From contig JBGPIA010000011.1 in assembly GCA_041484665.1 (NCBI GenBank), positions 1-64,000 on the forward strand: a stretch of 64,000 nt of DNA, in the 5' to 3' direction. This document shows positions 55,578-64,000 of this stretch, in pieces. The notes beneath the pieces were generated by a model. The model was not told where the DNA came from and made no database searches. It saw only the letters and a list, made by a program, of their open reading frames with translations. The stretch comes from Candidatus Krumholzibacteriia bacterium. GTDB lineage: Bacteria > Krumholzibacteriota > Krumholzibacteriia > JAJRXK01. Position 1 is the first letter of the stretch; the number at the start of each line of letters is the position of its first letter. Both the position numbers and the translations under genes were made by a program.

Positions 55578-57150
55578 AGCGACTGCTCCAGAACAACGAC
55601 TCCATCGAGGCCTCCACCCGCTTGAAGCGCGGCGCCAGCTCGCGCAGCACGACCTGCGGCTCGAGCAAGAGCGCCCGGGCGTGTGCGGCGTCCTCTTCCG
55701 CCAGCCACTCCTCGCGCATCCACTCCAGGTAGTAGCCCTTCGTCTCCAGGAACAGCTCCGGATCCGGCGCGTCCTGCGGTAGAGCGAACCGCAGCGTGTA
55801 GATGTCTCCGGGAAGGGTGACGAGCGTGCTGTCGGGATCCAGCAAGCGGCGCAATGCATCGTCGTCGCGCTGGCCGTACGGCGGCGCGCCGCGACGCACT
55901 TCCCGCACTGGCACGCGGACAGGCTCCACGATTCGCTCCAGGCGCGCCAGCGCCACGCCGTCGATGCGCCACGCGCCCTTGGCCATGCGCAGCGTCACGG
56001 TCAAGGGACCCCCGGAATGCGTGAGCGGGAGCACGCGCGTGTCGGTGGCCAAGGGGCCGGTCTCGGCGATGCGACCGATCGCGCTCGCTGTTCCACCTTC
56101 GGCTCGGACCGCCACGTCGATCCCGCCCAAGGCATGCACGACGGCGGCGGTGCCGGCGCGCGCTGCGGGATCGCCGCGCTGCAGTGCCGCGAGCCACTCA
56201 CCCGCGTGCGTTCCGAGCCAGGCGAGGCTCTGGTAGAACAGGTACGTCGGCAGCAGCGACTGGCGCGAGCAGACCACCACTCCGAGCTGTCCTGCCGGCG
56301 CCGCGTCGAAGTGCAGCGTCAGCGTCTCGGCAGCCGCGAGGTCGGTGGAGTCGGCCGCGCTGCAGTACTCGCGCCCGTCGAAGCTGCACACCCATGCGCT
56401 GCAATCGCCAGAGGGGCCCAGGCAGCGATCCGGTGGCTGAACGTTGGTCGCTACCCAAAAATTTCCATCGGTGCCGGCGAAAATCCGGCCGCCTGGCGGG
56501 CGCTGCATGGCCAACAGCCGCACCGAGCGTACGACGTGCGTCTCATACGCCTCGTTGCGCATCGTGAGCGCGACCTCGCCACCGGATGGCCGCACGCTGG
56601 GCAGGGCGTCCACGTCCACGGCCTCCAGCACCGGCGCAACGCTGGCCGAGAACGCCTCCGCCACCAGGCGCTCCTGCCCGTCGATTGTGGCATAAAACGT
56701 CGGGCACGACCCAAAGCACGCCTTGGGGTCGGTAAGGCACGCGACCGCCACGGCGGCGGTGACCACGGTGAGCGCCGCCAGCACCGTCGCCTGTGGCGCT
56801 GCATGGACGACGTTGGTCTCCAGCAGTACCACCGAGTCCAACGGGACCGCCAGCTGGCCGCGGGCGATCTCGTGACGCGCGGGATCGAAACGCGTCCCCG
56901 TGCCGACGATCTTGCGCGCCTGCTGCGAAACGTCCCAGTGCTGCAGGATGCAGAGATCTCCATTGCGCAGGTGCACCTTGAGGTGCTCCGACTGGCGATC
57001 GATGACCTCGAGCTGGGTGGGTTGCAACAATCGCCGCTCGACGACCCGCGCACAGGCCGCCAGCAGCAGCGCGGCGCCAAGACCGGCGACCGACCAGCGT
57101 ACTCCGCAGGCGAACCGGCGCGCGCCAGCCAGGCGGATCCGCGGGCCCAT
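55564..57150 (-). CDS. Hypothetical lipoprotein (DPKACFGSCPTFY motif)
   Basis: Lipobox LAAC, GSCP.FY, E.FS, NEA.ETH and LFL...GYY.EW motifs. Confidence 0.75.
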   Translation of the reverse strand: MGPRIRLAGARRFACGVRWSVAGLGAALLLAACARVVERRLLQPTQLEVIDRQSEHLKVHLRNGDLCILQHWDVSQQARKIVGTGTRFDPARHEIARGQLAVPLDSVVLLETNVVHAAPQATVLAALTVVTAAVAVACLTDPKACFGSCPTFYATIDGQERLVAEAFSASVAPVLEAVDVDALPSVRPSGGEVALTMRNEAYETHVVRSVRLLAMQRPPGGRIFAGTDGNFWVATNVQPPDRCLGPSGDCSAWVCSFDGREYCSAADSTDLAAAETLTLHFDAAPAGQLGVVVCSRQSLLPTYLFYQSLAWLGTHAGEWLAALQRGDPAARAGTAAVVHALGGIDVAVRAEGGTASAIGRIAETGPLATDTRVLPLTHSGGPLTVTLRMAKGAWRIDGVALARLERIVEPVRVPVREVRRGAPPYGQRDDDALRRLLDPDSTLVTLPGDIYTLRFALPQDAPDPELFLETKGYYLEWMREEWLAEEDAAHARALLLEPQVVLRELAPRFKRVEASMESLFWSSRYEKR

Positions 57151-57251
57151 CGGGTCACCTCGGTGGTGGAGGGTCGCAACCGGCGGAGATCCAGAGGATC
57201 GAAGCTATGCCCGCAGCGCTGGCGCGGTCAATGCCAGTTCAGCAGCTCGAA

Positions 57252-58199
57252 TCACCAGCTCCAGGGCGATCGGAGCCAATTCCGCGTCCGCTGGATCCAC
57301 TCTTCTTCCATCGCGCTCGTCGACTGCACCTTGCGCAGACGATGCAGGAGAAGCGCGACGGTTCGAAGCCGTATGAGGTCTGGGAAGCGCTCAAGCCTCG
57401 TGGCGTCAGGTTCCCGGACGGCACCGTATCCCTCCAAGAACCAGCCGAGGTAGTGCGCTCGCTCTTCGCGGCTGGCGTTTCGGAATACCCACAACGCGCA
57501 GGCAATGTCCCAGCAGAACCAATGATGGCAGCAGTCGTCAAAGTCGAAGATCTGTATCGAGCCGTCGTGGAGCAAGAAGTTGGTTCTTTCGAAATCTCCA
57601 TGCACCATCCCATAGTGCGCCGGTTCCGACGCCTGGCCGTGGAGCCAGGCGATGAGTTGGTTCCGCAGGGGCAACGCCTCGTCATCCTCGGCCACTCCGC
57701 TCGCGCAGCAGCCGGCCACCGCGTCATCAGGCCAATCAGGTCGGCGAAACTCGCGCCGAGCCTTGAAGCTCTGCGAAAGCGCGTGCAAGCGGCCCATCGC
57801 GCGACCCCACAGATGGAAGAGCGGTCGGTCGATGTCGGCCGAGTAGTACTCGAAGTTGCGTCCTTCGAAGCGCGGAAATACAGCGGCGTACGTCCGCTCA
57901 CCGCTCGCCACGAACCGCGACGCGTCGACAATTCGCTGGCCCGCCAGCGACTCAAGTCCAGGAGCCACGTTCAACCCGCCCGCGGCCACGTGGTCGACGA
58001 AATCGAGCTCCGCCTCCAACTGCTCACGGGTACGGTGCGCTTCGCTCGTCAGTCGCAAGACCACTCGCCTGCCTCCGAGCTCGATCCCCCAGCTCGAGTT
58101 CTCCGCATCGCGAATGTGGACCGGCTGCGCCGCCCCGGCATTCCAGAGCCGTGCCACTGCGAGCGCCTGCTGCGCCTTCACTCTGGGTGTGCCGACCAT
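57252..58199 (-). CDS. APH/homoserine-kinase-II-like phosphotransferase
   Basis: VLRL, E.ELDF, WGRAMGRLH, YGMVHGDFERTN (HGD..N) and IFDFDD motifs. Leaderless promoter TTGCCG-18-TACAGT-6-ATG. Confidence 0.85.
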   Translation of the reverse strand: MVGTPRVKAQQALAVARLWNAGAAQPVHIRDAENSSWGIELGGRRVVLRLTSEAHRTREQLEAELDFVDHVAAGGLNVAPGLESLAGQRIVDASRFVASGERTYAAVFPRFEGRNFEYYSADIDRPLFHLWGRAMGRLHALSQSFKARREFRRPDWPDDAVAGCCASGVAEDDEALPLRNQLIAWLHGQASEPAHYGMVHGDFERTNFLLHDGSIQIFDFDDCCHHWFCWDIACALWVFRNASREERAHYLGWFLEGYGAVREPDATRLERFPDLIRLRTVALLLHRLRKVQSTSAMEEEWIQRTRNWLRSPWSW

Positions 58200-58246
58200 G
58201 CTCGCACTGTACTCCCAGCGAGGATTTCGCGGCAACAGAGCGAGCT

Positions 58247-58381
58247 GCCCAACAACGTGCTGGACCTGACGCCGCTCAGCGTCGTCGCACGGTGGCGCTG
58301 TGCCGCCTGGCGGCGTAGGGTCTTGCCTGGGTCGATGCTCGACGGGGCTGGGCCGCGCAAGTAAGCACTGATCCGTTCAGC
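58247..58381 (+). repeat. attC-like recombination site (135 bp)
   Basis: R'' GCCCAAC, 5-nt spacer, L'' GCTGGACC, then CGCCGCTCAGC pairing with GCTGGGCCGCG, L' AGTAAGC, 8-nt spacer ACTGATCC and R' GTTCAGC. Confidence 0.7.
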
Positions 58382-58419
58382 ACCCACAAGCGCCAAGTTC
58401 CGTTGTGCGCCCGGAGCGG

Positions 58420-60123
58420 TCAACGCCCGTTGGGGGTGCGGGCCAGATCGGCGCCCAGCGCGGCGCGCACGCGAACCTGCACCGCGCGTGCTTGCTGCAG
58501 GGCGCGCTCCAGCGCCTGCTCGGCGCGCGGCCGCGTGACGGCCGCCCATTGCGCGTCGCCCTCCAGCCCGCCTAGATTGATCAGTACGTTGTAATATGCG
58601 CCTTCGGCACACGCGCCGGCGCACAGCGCCGCCACGCCACCGTCGCTCACTGAATTGGGATTGCCCTTGGCGACGACGCTCTCGACCAGGTCGAGCACTG
58701 GCGACATGCGCTCGAGCACGGACAGCGGCACCAAGGTGGCACCGCGATTGGCCTCGCGCAGCGCTGCGTCGCGCGCGGCGGTCTCCTGCGGCGTCTTCTT
58801 GGGCATCCGCCGCGCCTCGAGCACCCGGTTGAACGCGACCGTGTCATCGTCGACCGCCGCGAGCAGCCAGTCCTTGTGCTGCTGGGCTTGCACCGCGACA
58901 TCGGACAGCTCGTCCCAGACGTCCTCCTGCCCCTTGCGACCCACGGTGAGGTTGGCGACCATCGCGGCCAGGCCCGCCGCGAGCGCCCCGCACAGCGCGG
59001 CGACGCTGCCGCCCCCGGGCGCCGGCGACTCGCTGGAGAGCTCGTCGGTGAACCCGGTCACGGTGAGATGGCGCAGCCCCTTTTCGCCGCGCCGGAGCCG
59101 GTACTCGATGATCTTCTCGTGGGGGTCGAAGGGTGCGACCTCCCGCAGCCCCAGCGACTGGATCGCGCAGTCGATCACGTCCACCTCGGGGGCGCCGGCG
59201 CTCTTGCCCTGCCGGCGCAGGTAGTGGCGACCGGCCAGCAGCATGGGCGCCAGCGGCGTCAGGCCCACCAGCTCGCTGCCGGTCGCGCGCAGCCCGCGCA
59301 GCGAAGCCTCATCGCAGACGGCGTCGAAGGCCTGATGCAAGGATGTGACCGGATAGTCCACCAGATTGATGGAGATCTGCGCGCGTTTGTACTCGTCGAT
59401 GTACCAGCCGACGGCCTTAACGGCACGCAGCCGCCCCGGGACGTTGACCGGCGTGCCGTCGGCGTTGCGCACGATCTCACCGCTCGCATCGCGCTGCGGG
59501 CGGCCGGCTTCGCGGATCGAGAGCGCGATGTCGTTGGCGAGTCTGCGGTCGCACGTGTTGAGGTTGACGTTGTAGGCCAGCAAGAACTGCCGCGCGCCGA
59601 TCACGGTCGCACCGCTGCGCGGGTTGAAGGTGGCGGGACCGAAGTCCGGGCGCCAGCGCGGGTCGGCGAGCTTGTGGGGCAGTCCCTCGTATTCCCCGGC
59701 CCGGATGGTGGCCAGGTTGCGCCGCTCCTCGCTCGCCGCGGCGTGCTCGTACAGATAGACCGGGATCCCCAGCTCCGCGCCGACACGCTGGCCCAGAGCG
59801 CGGGCGAGCTGCGCGCACTCCTCCATGGTCACGCCGGCCACGGGCACGAATGGGCAGACGTCCGTGGCACCCATGCGCGGGTGCTCGCCATGGTGGCGCG
59901 CCATGTCGATCAGCTCGGCCGCCTTGGCGATGGCGTTGAAAGCGCCCTCGAGCGCAGCCTCCGGCGAGCCCACGAAGGTCACCACCGTGCGATGGGTCGC
60001 CTTGCCCGGATCGACGTCGAGCAGCTCGCAACCCTCGGTGCCCGAGATCGCCGCGGCGATCTGGCCGATGACCGCGCGGTCGCGCCCTTCGCTGAAATTG
60101 GGAACGCACTCAACGATGCGCAT
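58420..60123 (-). CDS. ftcd: Glutamate formimidoyltransferase fused to formiminotetrahydrofolate cyclodeaminase
   Basis: ECVPNFSEGR, H.GEHPRMGATDVCPF, IRAGEYEGL, GARQFL.AYN, SPAPGGGSVAA and GNPNSVSD motifs. Confidence 0.95.
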   Translation of the reverse strand: MRIVECVPNFSEGRDRAVIGQIAAAISGTEGCELLDVDPGKATHRTVVTFVGSPEAALEGAFNAIAKAAELIDMARHHGEHPRMGATDVCPFVPVAGVTMEECAQLARALGQRVGAELGIPVYLYEHAAASEERRNLATIRAGEYEGLPHKLADPRWRPDFGPATFNPRSGATVIGARQFLLAYNVNLNTCDRRLANDIALSIREAGRPQRDASGEIVRNADGTPVNVPGRLRAVKAVGWYIDEYKRAQISINLVDYPVTSLHQAFDAVCDEASLRGLRATGSELVGLTPLAPMLLAGRHYLRRQGKSAGAPEVDVIDCAIQSLGLREVAPFDPHEKIIEYRLRRGEKGLRHLTVTGFTDELSSESPAPGGGSVAALCGALAAGLAAMVANLTVGRKGQEDVWDELSDVAVQAQQHKDWLLAAVDDDTVAFNRVLEARRMPKKTPQETAARDAALREANRGATLVPLSVLERMSPVLDLVESVVAKGNPNSVSDGGVAALCAGACAEGAYYNVLINLGGLEGDAQWAAVTRPRAEQALERALQQARAVQVRVRAALGADLARTPNGR

Positions 60124-60350
60124 GGGGGCTCGCTTTCCATCCGAGGAACACGGCGGCTTCTGGGCGCCGCCGGAAGCGGGGACAGCACTGCCACTGCCGC
60201 CAGCCCGGGTGCCTTCGCAGCCTCGACGGGTGCCAGCGTTCCCGGCACCATGGCGCCCGTTGGCGCCCGCCGATTTCGCCCGACCCCCCGCGGTCGCTCG
60301 TGTGGTCGGTGCTGCGGAAGCCGCAAGGATAGGTGTACGTCACGCGCGGA

Positions 60351-62162
60351 TCAAGGCAACCCCGCGCGCGCGAGCTTTCCGTCCTCCCACAGCCACAGCG
60401 GCCCGTGTGTCCCCGACAGCAGGAGATCGTCACCTTCGTGGCTCACCCGCAGACGGCCGGATCCGTGCGCGCGGCGTGCCGCCGTCACGGGCGTATCCCA
60501 GCCAAGTCCCACGGCTTCAGCGGGACTCATCAAGCGGATGGGCCCGCGCGCGCAGAGCCGCAGCCGGCCCCGGGCCTGTGCGACGGTCACTGTGTAGCGC
60601 GCTCCCACCGCCTTCACGCTAGCGTACGCTGCCACCTCGATGGGGACGTTTCTGCCCGTGCGCAGTGCCAGTGCCGCGCGCAGCGAGAAATCCTGCAGGC
60701 AGTTCGCCGAGCGCGTGCTGAAGCGCCGCACGGGCTCCAGCCGGATCTCGGAGGGCACCCCCGCCAAGAGCAGGGGCTCGACCGCCGCGCCGCCCAGCGC
60801 GGATTGCTGGACGAGGAGGGAGTCGACGGCGGCGATCCACGCATCCGTCTGACGGGACGCCTCGCGCCACTCTGGGTAGTCGGTCCACAGCGGGCTGCCG
60901 ATCAAGCCGACGACCAGCGCAGCGACCGCGACGATCGAGGGGGCTGCGCTGCGCCAAGCGCCTCCACGCCAACCAGGGGACGCAACGACGCCCCGAGCCG
61001 CCGCAAGGCCGCCCCGAGCCGCCGCAACGACGCCCGCAGCGCCTGCAACGATGTCCCGCCCGGCGGTGGGACTCGGCACGCCGCGACCAGCTACGATCGG
61101 CGACGCTCTCGAGACCAGGGCGACAAGGACCGTCGCCACGCCGACCAGCGGCGCGTACAGGTACCAGGCAGCGATGCCGCGGGCGAGGGTTGTTTGCAGG
61201 AGCAGCCCCGCCGCCCAGGCGATGCCCAACCGCGCCAGCGCCCGCCGCGCGCCCTCTGCGCGCGTGGCCAGAATGACCGCGGCGGCGGCGACCACGGCGG
61301 CCAGCGCACGGGCCCCCCAGAGTCCCAGCACGCGGCCGGGGTCGAGCAGCGTGACTGCGGCGTTGGCCAGCCCGTGGGTCGAGATGCTCAGCCCTCCGTA
61401 ACCACCCAGGGAGCCCAGCACGAGCCAGCGCGCCGCAAGCGCCGGCAGCAGCAGCAGCACGCCCGCCGCAGCGCGGCTGGGCCAACGGCCCCGCCCAGGC
61501 AGCGCGGCCAACACCAGCGGCAACGCGAAGCCCGTCTCCTTGGCCAGGGGCGCGAGCGCGCCGGCGGCCATCCATAGGACGCGACCTAAGCGGGCGCCGC
61601 GCCCATCGCGCACGGCGCCGATGCACGCCAACAGCAGCAGCGCCACGGCGAGACTGTCGCCGCGCCGCGCCAGCGAGGGTACCACCTCGATTCCCAAGGG
61701 ATGCAGGGCGAACCAGCCGGCCCCCGCCAGCGCCGGGACGACGGCAGCCCCCAGCGCGCGCAGCAGCGCGTAGAGCAGCACGGCGCACGCGGCGTGCAAC
61801 GCTACGTCGGTGAGGTGGTAGCCGGCGGCGCGCGGCCCGTGCAGCGCGTGGTCGATGCCCAGGGTCAGGCCGGTCAGCGGGCGGTAGAAGCGCACTCCGG
61901 GTCGCACGTCACCGCGCACCTCGCGCGAGAAGGGCCCCCGCACGCCGCCTTGCTGATCGAAGCGGTTGACCTGGATGACCTGCGCGCCGTCGATGTCGGT
62001 GTAGGAGAGGGCGGGGACGCCGCGATACGTCAGGACCGCGAGCGTGGCCAACAACAGGGGAGCGGCCAGGCGCGCCGGCCAGGGCACGGCGCGGCGTGGC
62101 CCCTGCGCAGCCACACGCTGGGCGCGCCGGCTGGATGCATCATGGGCGGGGGGAGGGTTCAT
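60351..62162 (-). CDS. GT-C fold (TMTC/PMT-like) membrane glycosyltransferase-like protein
   Basis: FYRPL, GYHLTDVALH, FALHP..EVV, LAKE and WYLYAP motifs. Multi-TM. Confidence 0.7.
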   Translation of the reverse strand: MNPPPAHDASSRRAQRVAAQGPRRAVPWPARLAAPLLLATLAVLTYRGVPALSYTDIDGAQVIQVNRFDQQGGVRGPFSREVRGDVRPGVRFYRPLTGLTLGIDHALHGPRAAGYHLTDVALHAACAVLLYALLRALGAAVVPALAGAGWFALHPLGIEVVPSLARRGDSLAVALLLLACIGAVRDGRGARLGRVLWMAAGALAPLAKETGFALPLVLAALPGRGRWPSRAAAGVLLLLPALAARWLVLGSLGGYGGLSISTHGLANAAVTLLDPGRVLGLWGARALAAVVAAAAVILATRAEGARRALARLGIAWAAGLLLQTTLARGIAAWYLYAPLVGVATVLVALVSRASPIVAGRGVPSPTAGRDIVAGAAGVVAAARGGLAAARGVVASPGWRGGAWRSAAPSIVAVAALVVGLIGSPLWTDYPEWREASRQTDAWIAAVDSLLVQQSALGGAAVEPLLLAGVPSEIRLEPVRRFSTRSANCLQDFSLRAALALRTGRNVPIEVAAYASVKAVGARYTVTVAQARGRLRLCARGPIRLMSPAEAVGLGWDTPVTAARRAHGSGRLRVSHEGDDLLLSGTHGPLWLWEDGKLARAGLP

Positions 62163-62236
62163 CGTGGCGGCTCCGCGAAGCAGCGGCGTAGTGTACGGGA
62201 CCCCCACCCCCGTTGCACCCCCCTCGGAGCGTCAGC

Positions 62237-63556
62237 ATGGCGGACTTCCTCGACCTGGTCCACGTCCGCGCCCAGTTCCCCGCGCTGTCCAGCGGCTGGG
62301 TGTTCCTCGACAACGCCGGTGGCTCGCAGACGCTGGGCGCGGTCGGCACCCGCATCACGGAGTACCTCTATGGCTCCATGGTCGCCCACGGTGCGCCGCA
62401 TGCGCTCTCGCAGCTGGCGCAGGAGCGCCTGCGTGGGGCAGCGGCCTGCTTCGCCATGCTGCTCAACGCCCGCGATCCCAGCGAGATCGTCATGGGCTCC
62501 TCCACGACGCAGCTGTTGCAGAACCTGGGGCTGGCCCTGGCCGACCGCATGGCTGCGGGCGATGAGATCGTGCTGACCGATGCGGAGCACCACTCCAACG
62601 TAGAGCCGTGGCTGCGCCTGCAGGAGCAGCGCGGGATCGTGCTCAAGACCTGGAAGGTGGACCGCGAGCGGTGGAGCCTGGAGCTGACGGAGCTGGACCG
62701 CCTTATGACCCGCCGCACCCGGCTGGTGGTCGTCACGCAGTGCAGCAATATCCTGGGCACCATCTACGACGCCGCGGCCATTGCCCGCTTCGTCCACGAG
62801 CGCGGCGCCCAGGTGCTGGTCGACGGCGTGGCCTACGCGCCTCACCGTGCCGTCGACGTGCAGGCCTGGGACGCGGACTACTACGTGCTGAGCACCTACA
62901 AGGTCTTCGGGCCCCACCACGCCGTGCTCTACGGCAAGCGTGAGCAGCTGCTGGCGCTGCGCGGCACCAACCACTCATTCTTGCCGCAGACGATGATTCC
63001 CTACAAGTTCCAGCCCGGAAACGCCAACAGCGAGTTGTCCCACGGTGCCACGGCCATCGCCGACTACCTGGAGGATCTGGGCGCCCGCGCGGACACCGAC
63101 GGCAGCAACGCCGCGGCGGGCAGTTCCGGTGCTGATCCGCGCGCGCGCGCGGCCGCCAGCCGGCACCCCGGTCACTCCGCTACCGCGGCCAGCCCGCGCG
63201 CGAACCTCGAGCGCGCCTTCGCGGCCATCGCCCAGCAGGAGGAGCTCCTGGCGCAGCGCCTGCTCGCAGGGCTCGCGCGTCACCCACGGCTGCGCGTGAT
63301 CGGGTCCCCGGACGCCAGTCGCGCCGTCCGCGTCCCGACCGTCTCGGTCGCGGTCGAAGGCCGCGAGCCGGCGGCCGTCGTGCAGGCCCTGGGCGAGCGC
63401 GGCATCGGCGTACGCAGCGGCGACTTCTACGCGCGGGCGCTGATCGACGGCCTGGGACTGCGCGAGCGCGGCGGCGTCCTGCGCATCTCCGCGGTGCACT
63501 ACAACACCCTCGACGAGATCGACCGCCTGCTGGAGGCGCTGGAGCAGGTCGTCTGA
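62237..63556 (+). CDS. Cysteine desulfurase-like PLP aminotransferase class V
   Basis: VRAQFPAL, FLDNAGGSQ, EHHSNVEPW, VDGVAYAPH, STYKVFGPH, VPTVS and LRISAVHYNT motifs. Confidence 0.9.
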   Translation: MADFLDLVHVRAQFPALSSGWVFLDNAGGSQTLGAVGTRITEYLYGSMVAHGAPHALSQLAQERLRGAAACFAMLLNARDPSEIVMGSSTTQLLQNLGLALADRMAAGDEIVLTDAEHHSNVEPWLRLQEQRGIVLKTWKVDRERWSLELTELDRLMTRRTRLVVVTQCSNILGTIYDAAAIARFVHERGAQVLVDGVAYAPHRAVDVQAWDADYYVLSTYKVFGPHHAVLYGKREQLLALRGTNHSFLPQTMIPYKFQPGNANSELSHGATAIADYLEDLGARADTDGSNAAAGSSGADPRARAAASRHPGHSATAASPRANLERAFAAIAQQEELLAQRLLAGLARHPRLRVIGSPDASRAVRVPTVSVAVEGREPAAVVQALGERGIGVRSGDFYARALIDGLGLRERGGVLRISAVHYNTLDEIDRLLEALEQVV

Positions 63557-63739
63557 GGGTGGGGGGTCGGGAGCGCGCGCCGGGGAGCCTCGGGGGGAGG
63601 CTGCGGGCAAGGGCTGCCGGTGTGGCGCTGCGCGGCCGGGGCTGCGCGCAGGGGCTGCGAGCGGAGGCTACGCGGGGCCGCGCCAAGGCGCTGCGTGCAG
63701 GGGCGTAACGCCGGTCCCACCTGATGCGTCCACTCTGCG

Positions 63740-64000
63740 TTAGGCTGCTCGCACCGGGGCGGTACGAGAGATGGCCTTTGCGAGATCTTGCGTCGAGGCG
63801 CCAAGGGCGAACAGCGACCGAATCAAAAGGTCCAGGGAGACGGACACGTCGCCGGCTTCCATTTTTGCGACCCTGGACTGGCTGGACCGAAGTAGTCGAG
63901 CCACCTGGCTTTGCGTCAAGTGGCGGCGAAGACGTCGCCGCCGGAGCGAGTCGGCAAGTCGGAGCTTCAGCTCGATGAACGCAGCCTCCTCATCGGACAG
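63740..64000 (-). CDS. XRE/HigA-like HTH antitoxin, 3' part (starts beyond the window; absent from the ORF track)
   Basis: My translation: LSDEEAAFIELKLRLADSLRRRRLRRHLTQSQVARLLRSSQSRVAKMEAGDVSVSLDLLIRSLFALGASTQDLAKAISRTAPVRAA*. The stop TAA lies within GCCTAAC. Confidence 0.85.
   Translation of the reverse strand: MSDEEAAFIELKLRLADSLRRRRLRRHLTQSQVARLLRSSQSRVAKMEAGDVSVSLDLLIRSLFALGASTQDLAKAISRTAPVRAA

Larger units (their letters stand above)
57237..58381 (+). mobile_element. Solitary integron-type gene cassette carrying an inverted phosphotransferase gene
   Basis: Left core GTTCAGCAGCTCG (57237) is an 11/13 complement of CGAGCTGCCCAAC (58241-58253). attC at 58247-58381. No integrase in the window. 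Confidence 0.65.

Noticed and set aside
60124..60350. Riboswitch (THF/ZTP) upstream of ftcd, or SAM riboswitch upstream of yitJ
   Set aside because: No recognisable consensus elements by eye. An Rfam scan would be needed to exclude them formally.

Overview
This is a very GC-rich diderm bacterial chromosome segment. The FlgD-Ig/T9SS-like C-termini and the 'SWGxVKxLY' C-terminus suggest an FCB-related lineage such as Ca. Eisenbacteria (inference only). From left to right it contains: the right end of an IS66 element that truncates a secreted repeat protein; a DUF1801/multiheme-cytochrome deletion scar; a porin-imelysin-di-heme (DHOR) iron-uptake operon with a Fur-box-like operator; a DUF2723 glycosyltransferase, an M20 peptidase and a TPR lipoprotein; a Cys-less Fur/Irr/PerR regulator with dps; a six-gene energy-converting hydrogenase-related (Ehr, no Ni ligands) operon led by an excisionase-HTH/PTS-EIIA fusion; a LiaF-LytS-LytTR module; PEGA, lipoprotein and ASPIC/UnbV genes; a bifunctional Hcy-methyltransferase/MTHFR; two tandem beta-propeller-Ig-FlgD paralogs; a decayed tRNA-Asn 3' fragment (att-like scar); proline dehydrogenase, SRPBCC, TIGR01777 and TrmB genes; a TPR-CHAT protease/ECF sigma/anti-sigma triad beside a DUF5916 outer-membrane protein; a solitary integron-type gene cassette (phosphotransferase plus attC); ftcd, a GT-C protein and a cysteine-desulfurase-like gene; and the 3' end of an XRE antitoxin-like gene at a probable second cassette boundary. 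The strongest unannotated signal is a fixed-spacing motif, GTTCGC-N14-ACGTA, upstream of three secreted-protein genes up to 37 kb apart. All family assignments come from motif recognition by eye, not from database searches.
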